This document shows positions 63,355-64,000 of a stretch of DNA of 64,000 bases, in pieces. Below the pieces are notes generated by a model. It was not told where the DNA came from and made no database searches. It worked only from the letters and a program-made list of their open reading frames with translations. The stretch lies in assembly GCA_028286605.1 (NCBI GenBank), contig JAQBRE010000002.1, forward strand, positions 399,687-463,686, in the 5' to 3' direction. Position 1 is the stretch's first letter. The number at the start of each line of letters is the position of its first letter. The stretch comes from Parcubacteria group bacterium. GTDB lineage: Bacteria > Patescibacteriota > Minisyncoccia > Phycocordibacterales > Phycocordibacteraceae. The translations under genes and the position numbers were made by a program.

Positions 63355-64000
63355 CTATTTGCCTTGTCCGTAATACTTCTTTAGGAGCGCGACGTGCTCG
63401 GTGTATGTTTTCGTGCAGTGGAAGTTGCCGTTCTGATCATGGAAATAGAAGAGACAGTCCGTCTTCTTCGGGTTGAGTGCAGCCACTACTGATGCTATAG
63501 AAGGATTCGCGATAGGGCCCGGCGGCAAACCGCCATTCATGTACGTGTTGTACGCAGACTTTATATATTTATCCTTCGGCACCACCTGCGGCCACCAGAT
63601 TCCCGTCTTGCCAGTTGTTGCGTTCGCCTTTGCATATTGAAGGGTGGCATCGATCTGAAGCGGCATACCGGCGAAGATACGATTCCAGATAACGCCTGAG
63701 ATATCGCGTGCATCGTCCCATCCCCCAGATTCTCGCTCAATGAGCGATGCAACCGTCATAGCATCCGCGATCGGCACCTGCTCTTCCGTGGTGGTGCTGT
63801 AGCGGGAAAGAACATCGTCCTGGAAACGGCTGTTAAGGAGCGATACAACGTCAGCGGGTTCGGTAACGCTTAGGAAATAGGTGCCAGGGGTGAACTGGCC
63901 ATCAGGAAGGCCTTTATCTTTTTCTGAGGCATGCGCGTCTTTCAGAAATGTCGCTATCTGTGCAGGTTTCCAATCAAGCGTGCCACCGATTGCGGCAGCC
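63355..64000 (-). CDS. mltG: Endolytic murein transglycosylase MltG (YceG-like), partial; N-terminus lies beyond the window end
   Basis: ESGGWDDARDISGVIWNRIFAGMPLQIDATLQYA...YNTYMNGGLPPGPIANPSIASVVAALNP...YLFYFHD matches the YceG/MltG catalytic region. The minus-strand reading frame stays open to position 64000. Confidence 0.82.
   Translation of the reverse strand, partial: AAAIGGTLDWKPAQIATFLKDAHASEKDKGLPDGQFTPGTYFLSVTEPADVVSLLNSRFQDDVLSRYSTTTEEQVPIADAMTVASLIERESGGWDDARDISGVIWNRIFAGMPLQIDATLQYAKANATTGKTGIWWPQVVPKDKYIKSAYNTYMNGGLPPGPIANPSIASVVAALNPKKTDCLFYFHDQNGNFHCTKTYTEHVALLKKYYGQGK

Overview
This 64-kb window is a gene-dense bacterial chromosomal segment of about 50-55% GC, with roughly 90 features, mostly short and tightly packed. 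Housekeeping genes dominate: infB (partial), a class-V cysteine desulfurase, clpB, rpmG, miaA, a peroxiredoxin, an ndk-like gene, parB, rel, topA, dprA, serS, an FtsQ-like gene, a Dus-family gene, a short dnaX, an ABC-F ATPase, a pirin, an HD hydrolase, an RluB/RsuA-type pseudouridine synthase, two ECF sigma factors (one with a DUF5667-like anti-sigma), a PIF1-like helicase, an FKBP, tgt, uvrB, uvrA, a short uvrC-like gene, a histidine kinase with a receiver protein, ddl and mltG (partial). There are three tRNAs: Trp(CCA), Leu(CAA) and Ala(UGC). Each tRNA sits beside a short AT-rich accessory islet: an NYN-nuclease-like gene by tRNA-Trp, a MazF/PemK-like toxin by tRNA-Leu, and a HEPN-motif Abi-like protein by tRNA-Ala. 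The most unusual content is a set of T4SS-related genes: a TrbC/VirB2-like pilin domain fused to a VirB1-like lytic transglycosylase, and a HerA/VirB4/VirD4-superfamily ATPase with a novel N-terminal domain. The ATPase is followed by a large disordered protein and preceded by an orphan PurC-family gene and a holin-like protein. Other notable items are a PEP-CTERM protein with no exosortase in view, an HTH plus LAGLIDADG-like ORF in an AT-rich insert, and two candidate structured non-coding RNAs (upstream of the HD gene and upstream of ddl). A recurring extended -10 element (TGnTAnAnT) sits 5-9 nt upstream of many ATG starts, suggesting widespread leaderless mRNAs. Short forms of IF-2, DnaX, Rel and UvrC suggest a reduced-genome lineage, possibly CPR-like; this is inference only. 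No CRISPR array and no rRNA were seen.
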